A DNA stretch of 32,000 nucleotides, from the NCBI RefSeq assembly GCF_000016745.1, contig NC_009483.1, forward strand, positions 5,104,365 to 5,136,364, read 5' to 3'. The notes below the pieces were generated by a model that saw only the letters and a list, made by a program, of their open reading frames with translations, had not been told where the DNA came from and did not search any database. Below are positions 17,028 through 26,057 of the stretch, piece after piece; the stretch's first letter is position 1; each line of letters opens with the position of its first letter. The translations under genes were made by a program, and so were the position numbers. The DNA comes from Geotalea uraniireducens Rf4 (GTDB lineage Bacteria; Desulfobacterota; Desulfuromonadia; Geobacterales; Geobacteraceae).

Positions 17028-18428
17028 CTATGAACCGGATAACGATACATCATTGAACACAAGCTTCTTTTTTTTCAGCTTTTCGATAAGTGTGGTGCGT
17101 TTAAGGTTAAGGAGAGTTGCTGCCTCTTTCTTATTTCCCCCCGTCTTTTCCAGTGCCTGCAAAATCAGCTGATTTTCAAAATCTTCCACAGCACTATTGA
17201 GACAGAAGCCGGTATCCGGGAGAGTCAGACGTTCTGACTTCGGTGCAGATTTTATGCCACGATATTTTTCAGGAAGATCTTGAAACGTTATTGTGCCGCT
17301 CCCCTTGAGGATTACCAGTCGTTCAACAAGATTTTCCAGTTCACGAACGTTTCCGGGCCAATCAAAATTGCACAATATGTCCATCGTGTTTTTGTCAAAA
17401 GATTGAACCTTGCGTTGCTTGTTCCTGTTGAATTTCTCCAGGAAATTGTTGAGGAGCAAGGGAATATCGGTCTTTCGCTCCCTGAGGGGCGGTAGGGTTA
17501 TGGGAATCACCGATAGCCGATAATAAAGGTCTTCCCTGAATATCTTGGAAGCGACCAGATGCTCCAGATTTTGATTAGTAGCGGCAATTATCCGTACATC
17601 CACTTTTTTTGTCCTGGCTGCCCCAACCGGTTCCAACTCCTTGTTCTGCAACACTCTCAAAAGTTTGACTTGCAAATTCGGTTTCATGTCACCGATTTCA
17701 TCGAGGAAAAGGGTTCCCCTGTCGGCCATTTCAAATCGGCCGATACGTGTCGCCACCGCACCGGTAAACGAGCCCTTTACATGACCAAAAAGTTCGCTTT
17801 CCAGCAAATCGTCCGGTATTGCCGCACAATTCACCGGCACGAAATTTTTCGTAGCGCGATTACTAAGGTCATGTATGGCTCTCGCTACCAGTTCCTTGCC
17901 GGTACCCGACTCACCCTGAATGAGAACCGTTGAGTCGGAGCCTGCCACCTTTTCTATCATCTCGAAGAGAGAAAGCATCCTGTCGCTTTCTCCGATGATG
18001 TTGTTCAAGAGGGAACGGTTCTTAATGCAGGGCTTGGATTTGAAGCTCTGACGCTGGAGGGCCTGGTGCTCCAAACCGCGTTTGACATGTGTTTCAAGTT
18101 CTTCCAGATTAAACGGCTTTTCCAGATAAAAGAAAGCACCCGCCTTAAGCAGGTTAGCCGTCATTTCAAAGTTGGCAAAAGCACTGTAGGCAATGGTTAC
18201 AATTTCCGGGCGCATGGCTTTCAATTTCTTAATAAACTCAAGACCATTGACCCGTGGCATCATGATATCCGTTATAACCATATGCACGTCGTTCAGTTCA
18301 ATTTTTTCCAGAGCATCCTGGCCATCTGAGGCCTGAAAAACCTGGTACCCCTTGTAGCTTAAAAAAGCCGCGACAAAATCCCTGGTTTTTTTATCATCAT
18401 CCGCTATCAGTATCCTGGCGCTGTCCAT
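17028..18428 (-). CDS. Sigma54-dependent response regulator (REC + AAA+ + Fis-type HTH; NtrC family)
   Basis: 466 aa. REC: ILIADDD..., [15 protein letters not shown]+: [23 protein letters not shown] (GAFTGA-type), RVIAATN. C-terminal HTH: [18 protein letters not shown]. Confidence 0.93.
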   Translation of the reverse strand: MDSARILIADDDKKTRDFVAAFLSYKGYQVFQASDGQDALEKIELNDVHMVITDIMMPRVNGLEFIKKLKAMRPEIVTIAYSAFANFEMTANLLKAGAFFYLEKPFNLEELETHVKRGLEHQALQRQSFKSKPCIKNRSLLNNIIGESDRMLSLFEMIEKVAGSDSTVLIQGESGTGKELVARAIHDLSNRATKNFVPVNCAAIPDDLLESELFGHVKGSFTGAVATRIGRFEMADRGTLFLDEIGDMKPNLQVKLLRVLQNKELEPVGAARTKKVDVRIIAATNQNLEHLVASKIFREDLYYRLSVIPITLPPLRERKTDIPLLLNNFLEKFNRNKQRKVQSFDKNTMDILCNFDWPGNVRELENLVERLVILKGSGTITFQDLPEKYRGIKSAPKSERLTLPDTGFCLNSAVEDFENQLILQALEKTGGNKKEAATLLNLKRTTLIEKLKKKKLVFNDVSLSGS

Positions 18429-18443
18429 TAATTCCTCAACTTT

Positions 18444-18470
18444 ATAAGTGAAGTAGCGATGAGCCGATAA
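18444..18470 (+). promoter_or_regulatory. Candidate sigma28 (FliA)-type promoter facing the che operon
   Basis: A perfect GCCGATAA -10 element lies at 18463-18470. TAAG/ATAA lies 14-15 nt upstream (consensus TAAA-N15-GCCGATAA). It is ~295 nt upstream of the cheW start. Confidence 0.35.
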
Positions 18471-18488
18471 AACATGAAATTTGACGAC

Positions 18489-18517
18489 AGTATAGTCATA
18501 AAAACCGACAAAGTCAA
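18489..18517 (-). promoter_or_regulatory. Sigma70-type promoter for the sigma54 regulator operon
   Basis: On the minus strand: TTGACT (18517-18512), 17-nt spacer, TATACT (18494-18489), about 55-60 nt upstream of ATG 18428. Confidence 0.55.
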
Positions 18518-18524
18518 TAAAATG

Positions 18525-18544
18525 ACTTGTATATTACTTGTATA
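18525..18544. repeat. Tandem direct repeat ACTTGTATA-tt-ACTTGTATA (possible operator)
   Basis: The 9-bp unit occurs at 18525-18533 and 18536-18544 (11-bp period). This is immediately upstream of the -35 of the minus-strand promoter. Confidence 0.4.
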
Positions 18545-18765
18545 CGTTTTTCCTGATATTTTTTCTTCGGCATTATTTAGCGCGCCTTTTCAGCCGGTTA
18601 CATTGACGCTTCAAATATTTTAATCCTCGAGAGATTATTGCTGCGCAAATGCTCTGAAAAAATGCCTAATATTTATCAACCTGAAACCGATTAGGTAAGA
18701 GAATGAATTGTTAAAGCAAACGAAACCCGATTATATGGTTGCTGTTGAAAAAGGAGGATCTTGGG

Positions 18766-19263
18766 ATGGAAGCATTATTGCAGGTTAAAGGCGAAGATAT
18801 GACCGGTGAACTGATTCAGCTGGTCAGTTTCAATCTGGACCATGAAGAGTACGGGATCAATGTATTGAAAGTCCGGGAAATTATTCGCATGTTAAACGTT
18901 ACGCGCGTTCCCAACACCCCCTATTACGTTGAAGGAGTAATTAATTTAAGGGGCAAAGTGATTCCCATTATTTCCTTGCGCAAAAAGTTCAACCTGGCAG
19001 AAGCAGACCATGACAAACGTACCCGGATAATGGTCATGGAAGTAGGTGGTGAGTTAATGGGATTTATTGTCGACGAAGTGTCGGAAGTTCTGCGGATCTC
19101 GGAGAAGGAAATTCAACCCCCTCCCCCCGTCGTCTCCAGCAACATCGACCAGGAATGCATGTCAGGTGTGATTAACCAGGCTGATCGGCTGCTTGTCCTT
19201 CTGAATCTTGAAAAAATGTTCTCCCTCGATGAAAAAATGTTGTTCAGCAGCGTGACCATGTAA
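18766..19263 (+). CDS. cheW: Chemotaxis coupling protein CheW
   Basis: The ORF starts with TTG at 18739; I prefer ATG 18766 with SD GGAGG 8 nt upstream. The CheW-like domain reads LVSFNLDHEEYGINVLKVREI...GVINLRGKVIPIISLRKKF. Confidence 0.9.
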   Translation: MEALLQVKGEDMTGELIQLVSFNLDHEEYGINVLKVREIIRMLNVTRVPNTPYYVEGVINLRGKVIPIISLRKKFNLAEADHDKRTRIMVMEVGGELMGFIVDEVSEVLRISEKEIQPPPPVVSSNIDQECMSGVINQADRLLVLLNLEKMFSLDEKMLFSSVTM

Positions 19264-19318
19264 CTTTACCTTTTTGCTCAACGGGAATATCCCCGTGAAT
19301 TTTGTTCCGGAGTAGAAT

Positions 19319-21115
19319 ATGGCTATAGAATGTGAAGACCAGGAGCTTTTGGAAGGTTTTCTTACCGAAAGCACGGAATTGCTTGAAAAACTCGATGACG
19401 ATCTGGTTACCCTGGAGAAGTCTCCCTCCGACGCGGACCTGTTAAACGGCATATTTCGCTCTATTCATACGGTTAAAGGCGCATCCAGTTTCCTTGGCTT
19501 TGATCTTCTGGTAAAGGTTACCCACAAAACCGAGGATGTCTTGAACCGGTTGCGCAAGGGCGAGTTGTTTGTAAACCCGGAAATAATGGATGTAATTCTT
19601 GAGGCCGTTGATCTCGTAAAGCTTTTGGTCAATGATATCAAGGGTGGGGAAATTCAAGAACGGGAAACCGATGCTACTATTGAAAAGCTCCTGCCATACC
19701 TTTCAGAAAATATCACTGCCCCAACGACCCTTTCTGGGGAATCTGTTAAAGCGGCATCCCCTCCCCCCGCCAAGAATGATGAAATAGCCAAGACTGCATC
19801 CAAGGAAGCAGCTTCATGCAATGAACCACAGCCTGAAGATCTTGCTGAGGAAACTTCCGCTGTTGCCCTGATTAAGGCTAAAGCCCCCATACCCCCAAAG
19901 GCAACTGCCGCCAAGGGGGATGAACTTGCCGACAACTCTACCGTCAGGGTTGACGTTAAACGACTCGACGACCTCATGAACCAGGTCGGTGAACTGGTCC
20001 TTGAGCGCAACAGGATGGTCCAGCTGCATAGTGATTTCCAGGACGGCCTCGACCCTGCCGGCTTCACAGATGAATTCGGCAAGCTCTCAAAACGCCTGAA
20101 TTTTGTTACCTCTGAATTACAGATGCAAGTCCTTAAAATGAGGATGATTCCCGTAGAGAAGGTTTTTAAGAAATTCCCCCGCATTGTTCGTAACTTGGCC
20201 CGTGAGTTGGGTAAAGAGGTCGACTTGCAGATTTTCGGCGAAGAAACCGAGTTGGACCGCTCAGTGGTCGACGAAATCGGTGATCCTCTTATTCACTTGA
20301 TTCGCAACGCATTGGACCATGGTCTGGAAATTCCCGAAGAGCGACTGGCCGCCGGCAAACCTAAAAAGGGAACGGTAATACTTTCCGCTACCCATGAAGG
20401 AAATCACATCGTCATTAGCATCAAAGATAACGGCCGGGGAATAAACCCCGACAAGGTGGCCGCAAAGGCAATCGAAAAAGGCTTAATAACCGAAGAGCAG
20501 CTTGCCGCTATGGGTGGGCGCGACATTCTTGATCTGATCTTTCTGCCCGGCTTTTCCACAAAAGAGAAAGCTACCGACCTGTCAGGCCGTGGCGTCGGCA
20601 TGGATGTGGTGCGAACCAATATCAAAAAACTCAATGGGATTATTGAGATCAAAAATGAAATCGGTCAAGGGTCGGAATTTATACTCAAGCTCCCACTCAC
20701 CCTGGCAATCATACAATCACTTCTGGTGGAAGTTGAGAGTGAAATTTACTCCATCCCCCTTTCAGCGGTCATTGAAACACTCAAGGTTGAAAAAAGCACG
20801 TTTCATCTCATCGGTGGACGAGAAGTTCTAAAGCTGAGGGAGTCGGTACTGCCATTGATTCGATTACAAAAACTCTTTGGCTGTGTAGACGAGTCACAGG
20901 GTAAGAACTCCTGTTATGTAGTGGTAGTCGGTGTTGCCGAGAAACGTGTAGGGCTGGTAGTCACAAGGCTCTTGGGTCAGCAGGAAGTAGCTATTAAATC
21001 TTTGGGAAAGTTTCTGGCCAACCTGCCCGGCATTGCCGGGTCTACTATCCTTGGTGACGGGCGAGTAGCGCTTATAGTTGATCCTCTTGCTTTTGTCGAA
21101 GGTGGAGAAAACTGA
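19319..21115 (+). CDS. cheA: Chemotaxis histidine kinase CheA (Hpt, linker, dimerisation, HATPase, CheW-like; no REC)
   Basis: 598 aa. Hpt: FRSIHTVKGASSFLG. A low-complexity P/A/K/E linker spans roughly residues 125-215. Kinase: HLIRNALDHG, DNGRGI, GRGVGMD. The C-terminal CheW-like domain ends ...GDGRVALIVDP. Confidence 0.93.
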   Translation: MAIECEDQELLEGFLTESTELLEKLDDDLVTLEKSPSDADLLNGIFRSIHTVKGASSFLGFDLLVKVTHKTEDVLNRLRKGELFVNPEIMDVILEAVDLVKLLVNDIKGGEIQERETDATIEKLLPYLSENITAPTTLSGESVKAASPPPAKNDEIAKTASKEAASCNEPQPEDLAEETSAVALIKAKAPIPPKATAAKGDELADNSTVRVDVKRLDDLMNQVGELVLERNRMVQLHSDFQDGLDPAGFTDEFGKLSKRLNFVTSELQMQVLKMRMIPVEKVFKKFPRIVRNLARELGKEVDLQIFGEETELDRSVVDEIGDPLIHLIRNALDHGLEIPEERLAAGKPKKGTVILSATHEGNHIVISIKDNGRGINPDKVAAKAIEKGLITEEQLAAMGGRDILDLIFLPGFSTKEKATDLSGRGVGMDVVRTNIKKLNGIIEIKNEIGQGSEFILKLPLTLAIIQSLLVEVESEIYSIPLSAVIETLKVEKSTFHLIGGREVLKLRESVLPLIRLQKLFGCVDESQGKNSCYVVVVGVAEKRVGLVVTRLLGQQEVAIKSLGKFLANLPGIAGSTILGDGRVALIVDPLAFVEGGEN

Positions 21116-21189
21116 AGCGCCAGATGGTTCCAGCCCGAATAAATATAATGGGGAACGAAGTATGTCTTCAAAAACAGATGAGGTATGCC

Positions 21190-22023
21190 GTGAAAATCTC
21201 TGACAAAGATTTCGAGATTCTCAGGGACTATATATATAACCTGTGCGGCATTTATTTTCACACCAGCAAAAAGTATTTTCTGGAAAGCCGCCTGGCACGG
21301 CGCATGGAAGCGACCGGCAGCAAGAACCATGCGGAATACTATCAGCTGGTGAGAAACGGGGCAACCGGCGCCGTGGAACTGAGACGGCTGTTGGACGAGA
21401 TCACCACGAACGAAACCTGTTTTTTTCGTAACGTGCCCCAGCTAACGGCCATGGAAAACAAGTTCATCCCGGATATTGTCGCCATCAAGTCAAAAATCGG
21501 CTTTCGCAAATTGAGGATTTGGAGTGCCGGATCGTCTTCAGGGGAAGAAGCCTATACCCTGGCCATGATCTTACTGGAAAAGCGGAATGCGCTCTTGAAG
21601 GACTGGATTATAGAAATCGTCGGTACAGACATCAATGAAACGGTGATCGCTCAGGCAAAGGAAGGCATATACAACACCTATTCGGTGAGAAACACCCCTG
21701 AGTTTTACCGCCGCAAGTATTTTAAGGAAGAGCCGGGAGAACGCTTTACCCTGGCACCTGAAATCAAGCGGATGGTCAGTTTTTCCCAGTTGAATTTGTA
21801 CGATGAGAACAAGATGCTTTTTATGAAAAGCTTCGATTTCATCTTTTGCGCTAATGTACTCATATACTTCGATCTTGCCTCAAAATCCAAAGTTGTTCAG
21901 CATTTTTACAACAACTTGCAACCATACGGTTATTTCTTTGTCGGACAATCCGAATCATTGCACGGTGTAAGCGATAAATTCAAAACAATCCATTTTCCCG
22001 GCGGCTTTGCCTATAATAAGTAA
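21190..22023 (+). CDS. cheR: Chemotaxis protein methyltransferase CheR
   Basis: The ORF opens at ATG 21124. I prefer GTG 21190 (SD GAGG 6 nt upstream; N-terminus VKISDKDFEILRDYIYNLCGIYF is typical of CheR). ATG 21124/21178 are alternatives. The SAM-binding motif is RIWSAGSSSGEEAYTLAM. Confidence 0.88.
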   Translation: MKISDKDFEILRDYIYNLCGIYFHTSKKYFLESRLARRMEATGSKNHAEYYQLVRNGATGAVELRRLLDEITTNETCFFRNVPQLTAMENKFIPDIVAIKSKIGFRKLRIWSAGSSSGEEAYTLAMILLEKRNALLKDWIIEIVGTDINETVIAQAKEGIYNTYSVRNTPEFYRRKYFKEEPGERFTLAPEIKRMVSFSQLNLYDENKMLFMKSFDFIFCANVLIYFDLASKSKVVQHFYNNLQPYGYFFVGQSESLHGVSDKFKTIHFPGGFAYNK

Positions 22024-22034
22024 GGAAAAGCAAT

Positions 22035-22937
22035 ATGAATGACAATTCGCTCATGCAAAATGCTCAATCCATGATCGACACCATTATTGAGCTCCCAACC
22101 ATCCCTCATGTAGCTACCCGGGTAATTGACTTGTTGGACAAACCGGATGTGGAGTTGGATGAAGTGGCCGATATGATCCTGACTGACCAGGTACTGGCCG
22201 CCCGTGTCATCAAGATTGTCAACTCTCCCTTTTACAAGCCTGCCCATGAAATTAAATCCGTTAAGCGGGCACTTATCTATCTTGGCTTTCGTCACATAAG
22301 AGAACTGGCCTTCACCTGTTCCTTCGTCGATGTTTTCCAGGGCAAAGACGGTGCTTTTAATATCAGGACCTTCTGGGAACACTCTTTCGGTGTTGGTATT
22401 GTCGCAAAAATCATCGCCCAAAGATTTCGCTATCCAGACACGGAAAAAGCTTACCTGGTAGGTATAGTCCACGATATAGGCGAGGTTTTTTTAAGCTATT
22501 ACATGCGAGACAAGTTTGAAAAACTTCTTGAAGCAATGAACGGCCAGGCGTACCGCATGGTTGAAGCAGAGCAGCAGTTTTTCGGTACCACCCATTGCGA
22601 GATCGGGCTTTGCATTAGCCGAAAATGGAATTTTCCCCCGGATTACTGCGAAGTGATTGCCTGCCACCACGCCCCCGAGACTGCTACAATTGACCCGACA
22701 CTGGCAGCAATTGTTAACCTTGCCGATCTTTTCTGCTCTGTTCGACAGTTGGACTATGGCGGTCAGTCATGGGTATCATTCAAACTCGCAGAGGAAAAGT
22801 CCTGGGGAATTCTGAAAAACTTTGCCCCTCATCTCGCTGGATTTGATGTGGAACGTTTTTGTTATGAACTGGATGATCGCGTACCGGAAGTACAGGATCT
22901 GGTTAAATCAATTTTTCAAGGCATCGCCGCGGAGTAA
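22035..22937 (+). CDS. HDOD domain protein
   Basis: 300 aa: LPTIPHVATRVIDLLDKPDVELDEVADMILTDQVLAARVIKIVNSPFY...HDIGEVF...HH, an HDOD-type signature. It is embedded between cheR and cheB with 11-nt and 5-nt gaps. Confidence 0.8.
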   Translation: MNDNSLMQNAQSMIDTIIELPTIPHVATRVIDLLDKPDVELDEVADMILTDQVLAARVIKIVNSPFYKPAHEIKSVKRALIYLGFRHIRELAFTCSFVDVFQGKDGAFNIRTFWEHSFGVGIVAKIIAQRFRYPDTEKAYLVGIVHDIGEVFLSYYMRDKFEKLLEAMNGQAYRMVEAEQQFFGTTHCEIGLCISRKWNFPPDYCEVIACHHAPETATIDPTLAAIVNLADLFCSVRQLDYGGQSWVSFKLAEEKSWGILKNFAPHLAGFDVERFCYELDDRVPEVQDLVKSIFQGIAAE

Positions 22938-22942
22938 TCCTT

Positions 22943-24016
22943 ATGCTTCCACCGCAACCCACCAAATTGAGAGTTTTGGTAGTTGATGACTCATGTTTCA
23001 TGCGTATGGCCATCCGTGGCATTCTGGCAAAAGACCCGCAGATAGAGATTGTCGGTGTTGCTTCCGACGGTGTTGAAGGGGTTGAAAAAGCACTGGAACT
23101 CAAGCCTGACCTTATAACCATGGATGTGGAAATGCCGCGGATGGACGGCATCGCCGCGCTGAAACAGATAATGGCTAAGGCTCCGACGCGTGTGCTCATG
23201 GTATCAACCCTCACCTGCGAAGGTGCAAAAGCAACCTTTGAAGCGCTGGAAGCGGGCGCCATTGACTTTATCCCGAAAAACATCAGCGACTCTGTAGATG
23301 CACAAAAAACATTCCGGGCAGATCTGCTCTTTAAGGTCAAGGAAGCCGCCGGTTCCATCATTCAAACTGACCGATTCAGCTCCAAAAGAATATCGGTTGC
23401 GCCTCCAGCTCCTGTCCTGAAATCACGTTTTTCTCACCATAAAGTCAGCTGTGTCGGCATCGGTGCCTCCACCGGAGGTCCGGTTGCGCTTCAGGAAGTA
23501 CTCTCGCGCATTCCCGTAAATTTCCCCTTCGGCATCATCGTTGCCATCCACATGCCCAAAGCGTTTACCGGTCCTTACGCCGAAAGGCTCAATGCCAAAT
23601 GCTCGCTCGACATCCGCGAAGCGTCAGATGGCGATATGTTAAAGCCCGGACAGGTCCTCATTGCTCCCGGCGGCATGCATACGGCTCTGGTCCGTCACGG
23701 AACAGGTTTTTCCGTCAAAACAATGCCGACCAGTACCTATCCCCAGTACATTTATGTCCCTTCGGTAGACCTGATGATGCAATCGCTCGCAGATGCGAGC
23801 AACGGTTCGATGCTTGGAGTAATTCTTACCGGCATGGGAAGCGACGGCTTTAAGGGTATGCAGCATTTGAAAAGCAGGGGTGGGATCACATTGGTACAGA
23901 ATGAGGCGAGCTCCACCATATACGGAATGCCACGGGCCTGTGTAGAAGGTGGGGTGGCGGATGAGGTTTTGCCGCTCGATCAGATCGGTTTTGAAATTGC
24001 GAGAATCGCCGGTTAA
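22943..24016 (+). CDS. cheB: Protein-glutamate methylesterase/glutaminase CheB (REC + CheB_methylest)
   Basis: 357 aa. REC: LRVLVVDDSCFMR..., DVEMPRMDG. Catalytic domain: GIGASTGGP, ILTGMGSDG. Confidence 0.93.
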   Translation: MLPPQPTKLRVLVVDDSCFMRMAIRGILAKDPQIEIVGVASDGVEGVEKALELKPDLITMDVEMPRMDGIAALKQIMAKAPTRVLMVSTLTCEGAKATFEALEAGAIDFIPKNISDSVDAQKTFRADLLFKVKEAAGSIIQTDRFSSKRISVAPPAPVLKSRFSHHKVSCVGIGASTGGPVALQEVLSRIPVNFPFGIIVAIHMPKAFTGPYAERLNAKCSLDIREASDGDMLKPGQVLIAPGGMHTALVRHGTGFSVKTMPTSTYPQYIYVPSVDLMMQSLADASNGSMLGVILTGMGSDGFKGMQHLKSRGGITLVQNEASSTIYGMPRACVEGGVADEVLPLDQIGFEIARIAG

Positions 24017-24019
24017 TGG

Positions 24020-24367
24020 TCAGCGCTGAGCATCCAGGGCGATCCCATCCGGCAGCACCGCTATGCGGCAGCGTGAAAATCCCTCGCGTTTGAGGCGAAA
24101 GAGGAGAAACGGTGCAGCCGGCATGAGGCATCCCTTGAAAAACAGCGCCAGCTCATGTCGTTGATTAACTGCTGCATCGAGGTTTGCCAGGTACGATGGC
24201 ACGTGTTCAGGTAGTACCTGCGTGTAACCTTCAGGGAAAAGTACCGCAGGTTTCACCACATTCCCTTTCGCAGCGTAGAGCCCCCCACGGAGCGGAAATA
24301 ACGCCCGTATGATTGTTTGGAGTGTAATGCAAAAACGTTTCAATGCGTTCAATATCACTATTCTCAA
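24020..24367 (-). CDS. Hypothetical protein (start uncertain)
   Basis: This is the only long ORF in the 390-bp gap between cheB and the lipoprotein gene. The listed start is TTG (24367). An internal GTG (aaagggaatGTGGTG, near 24260) with SD-like AAGGGA would give ~80 aa. I recognised no family. The C-terminal part (...GYTQVLPEHVPSYLANLDAAVNQRHELALFFKG...) looks protein-like. Confidence 0.4.
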   Translation of the reverse strand: MRIVILNALKRFCITLQTIIRALFPLRGGLYAAKGNVVKPAVLFPEGYTQVLPEHVPSYLANLDAAVNQRHELALFFKGCLMPAAPFLLFRLKREGFSRCRIAVLPDGIALDAQR

Positions 24368-24409
24368 TATATTCCAGCCTGACCACGACGCAGCTTATGT
24401 AAGCCGTTG

Positions 24410-25141
24410 TTACTTTAGATTCAGCACCACGTTGCGGACTTTTCCGCTTTCTTTCTCCCGGTATTGGAGCCGCAATTCCTTGGCAGTCTGCGCTTCACCC
24501 GGAAAAAATACGAAACCGTTGGCAAGCGATTCCGGTGGGATCACTTTCCCTTCCAGTCCCTTGGCCCGTATGTCATCCGTTATCCGATATTCCCGTTCAC
24601 TGGAGGTCCCCTCCTTCACACCGCCGATAACAGCCCCTCCTGCAGCCCCGACCGCTGCGCCCCGCAGTGTTGCCTCGCCGACGCTCCCCCCGGAGACAAT
24701 CCCAAGCGCAGCCCCGAGGATGGTACCCGCTGCTGCACCGAGCACCGCTCCTGTTCCTGCGCCTTTGCCGAAGAACGCAGCCAGCTGAGTGGATTTTTCC
24801 AGACGATCGATAGCAGTATTGGTCGGAATAATGTTCCAGTAGCGGTTATCGTCATCAACCAGGAAGGTCTGGTTGTTGACGATTTCGAGATTTTTACCGC
24901 TTTTGTTCTCCAGCACTATTTGGACGGGCAAGAGTCCCGCCCCCTTGATGTCAAAACCAAATGCTTTTTCCGCCGCATCCGTGTCCGCATATGCCTCACC
25001 TCCCAAGCTGGCGCCGTCAACGACCTGTAAATTCGGGTAGGCCGCCGGCGGTCTGAACGAGGCGTATTGGGTCTTGTACGTGGTGCATCCCGATAGCATC
25101 AATATCGGCAGCACAATCATCGAACAAATTTTAATTTTCAT
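24410..25141 (-). CDS. Lipoprotein with a central glycine-zipper segment
   Basis: ORF 24410..25279; I prefer ATG 25141 (MKIKICSMIVLPILMLSGC, canonical lipobox LSGC). The central segment GKGAGTGAVLGAAAGTILGAALGIVSGGSVGEATLRGAAVGAAGGAVIGG is glycine-zipper-like (SlyB/Rick_17kDa type). Confidence 0.7.
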   Translation of the reverse strand: MKIKICSMIVLPILMLSGCTTYKTQYASFRPPAAYPNLQVVDGASLGGEAYADTDAAEKAFGFDIKGAGLLPVQIVLENKSGKNLEIVNNQTFLVDDDNRYWNIIPTNTAIDRLEKSTQLAAFFGKGAGTGAVLGAAAGTILGAALGIVSGGSVGEATLRGAAVGAAGGAVIGGVKEGTSSEREYRITDDIRAKGLEGKVIPPESLANGFVFFPGEAQTAKELRLQYREKESGKVRNVVLNLK

Positions 25142-25397
25142 ATCATCCCCCCATGGCTTGTTGCTGTTATAATACTTTAGCACCTGCGTGCCATTGCGCA
25201 ACATGTCCGTCATTTGAGAGATACGACAACGTTTCGATGAATTTTCTTGCGGAAATTTTCTCGGCTGGGGGAAATTCAAGGCTTCCGAATTTCCATTGTA
25301 GCCGACTTTTTACGGTTGACCCAAGTATTGATATACCTGGCGGCTCACAACAGCATAAACCTGAAATTTACGCCAATAAACCAAGGGTGCTCTTTTT

Positions 25398-26057
25398 TCA
25401 ATCCGCCACCTTCTCCATTACCACAAGATAACGGGAATCTCCGCTCACCGGCAGTCTGAACTCGAGCAGTTCAGCAATGCGTGCCCCCAGGTCGTCCAAC
25501 GCACCTTTTGCCGCTTCCGCCTCATCACGGCCGCCTCGTCCTTTCATTGCAATTAACCTTCCGTCAGACTTCAACAATGGCAACGTCATCGCGGCAAAGG
25601 TAGGAATGTCCGAAAACGCCCGGGAGACGATCCAGTCGAACTGTCCGGCATGGCTTTTCGCCAATTCCTCCCCACGGACGTGGACGGCTTCAAAATCGTG
25701 CAGGTGCAGAAGGCGCGCGACATGACGCTGAAAGATCACCTTTTTCTCTACCGCGTCAACCGACATCACGTGCAGATCATGCAAAACTATCTTAAGCGGA
25801 ATAGCCGGAAAGCCTCCACCAGAACCGATATCAAGGAGCCGCCCTTTGTTCTTGACCACCTTTGCCAGGGTCAGCGAGTCAACAAAGTGCTTCAACGCGA
25901 TCTCTTCATCCGTTTTGATGGCGGTGAGATTGATTTTTTTACTCCATTTCGTGAGCTCGCTCGCATAGGTATAAAAATTTCCCAGTTGTGCGCTGGTCAG
26001 ATGCAGTCCAAGCTCTGTCGCCCCTGTGACAAGAAGTTTTTTTGCTGTTTCGTTCAC
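25398..26057 (-). CDS. rsmG: 16S rRNA (guanine527-N7)-methyltransferase RsmG (GidB)
   Basis: 219 aa with LLDIGSGGGFPAIPLKI. The GTG start (26057) overlaps the mnmG stop by 4 nt (GTGA). Confidence 0.92.
   Translation of the reverse strand: MNETAKKLLVTGATELGLHLTSAQLGNFYTYASELTKWSKKINLTAIKTDEEIALKHFVDSLTLAKVVKNKGRLLDIGSGGGFPAIPLKIVLHDLHVMSVDAVEKKVIFQRHVARLLHLHDFEAVHVRGEELAKSHAGQFDWIVSRAFSDIPTFAAMTLPLLKSDGRLIAMKGRGGRDEAEAAKGALDDLGARIAELLEFRLPVSGDSRYLVVMEKVAD

Noticed and set aside
16264-24016. Calling the regulator/SLT/che block a horizontally acquired island on GC content
   Set aside because: My hand counts of sample 60-nt lines give roughly 43-50% GC here, against roughly 57-62% in the first 13 kb. 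However, the conserved yidC and mnmE genes also count about 45-52%. No integrase, tRNA or direct repeats flank the block. This needs a real windowed GC and codon-usage calculation.
25178-25193. Sigma54-like element TGGCACGCAGGTGCT on the minus strand, about 30-50 nt upstream of the lipoprotein start
   Set aside because: The GG-to-GC spacing is one nucleotide shorter than the TGGCAC-N5-TTGC consensus, and sigma54 tolerates that poorly. It is worth a look only if transcription start mapping points there.
25153-25459. Plus-strand ORFs 25153..25431 and 25247..25459, and an extended -10-like TGTTATAAT at 25162-25170
   Set aside because: The ORFs run into the antisense of rsmG and have no SD. The -10-like element has no -35 and no downstream plus-strand gene.
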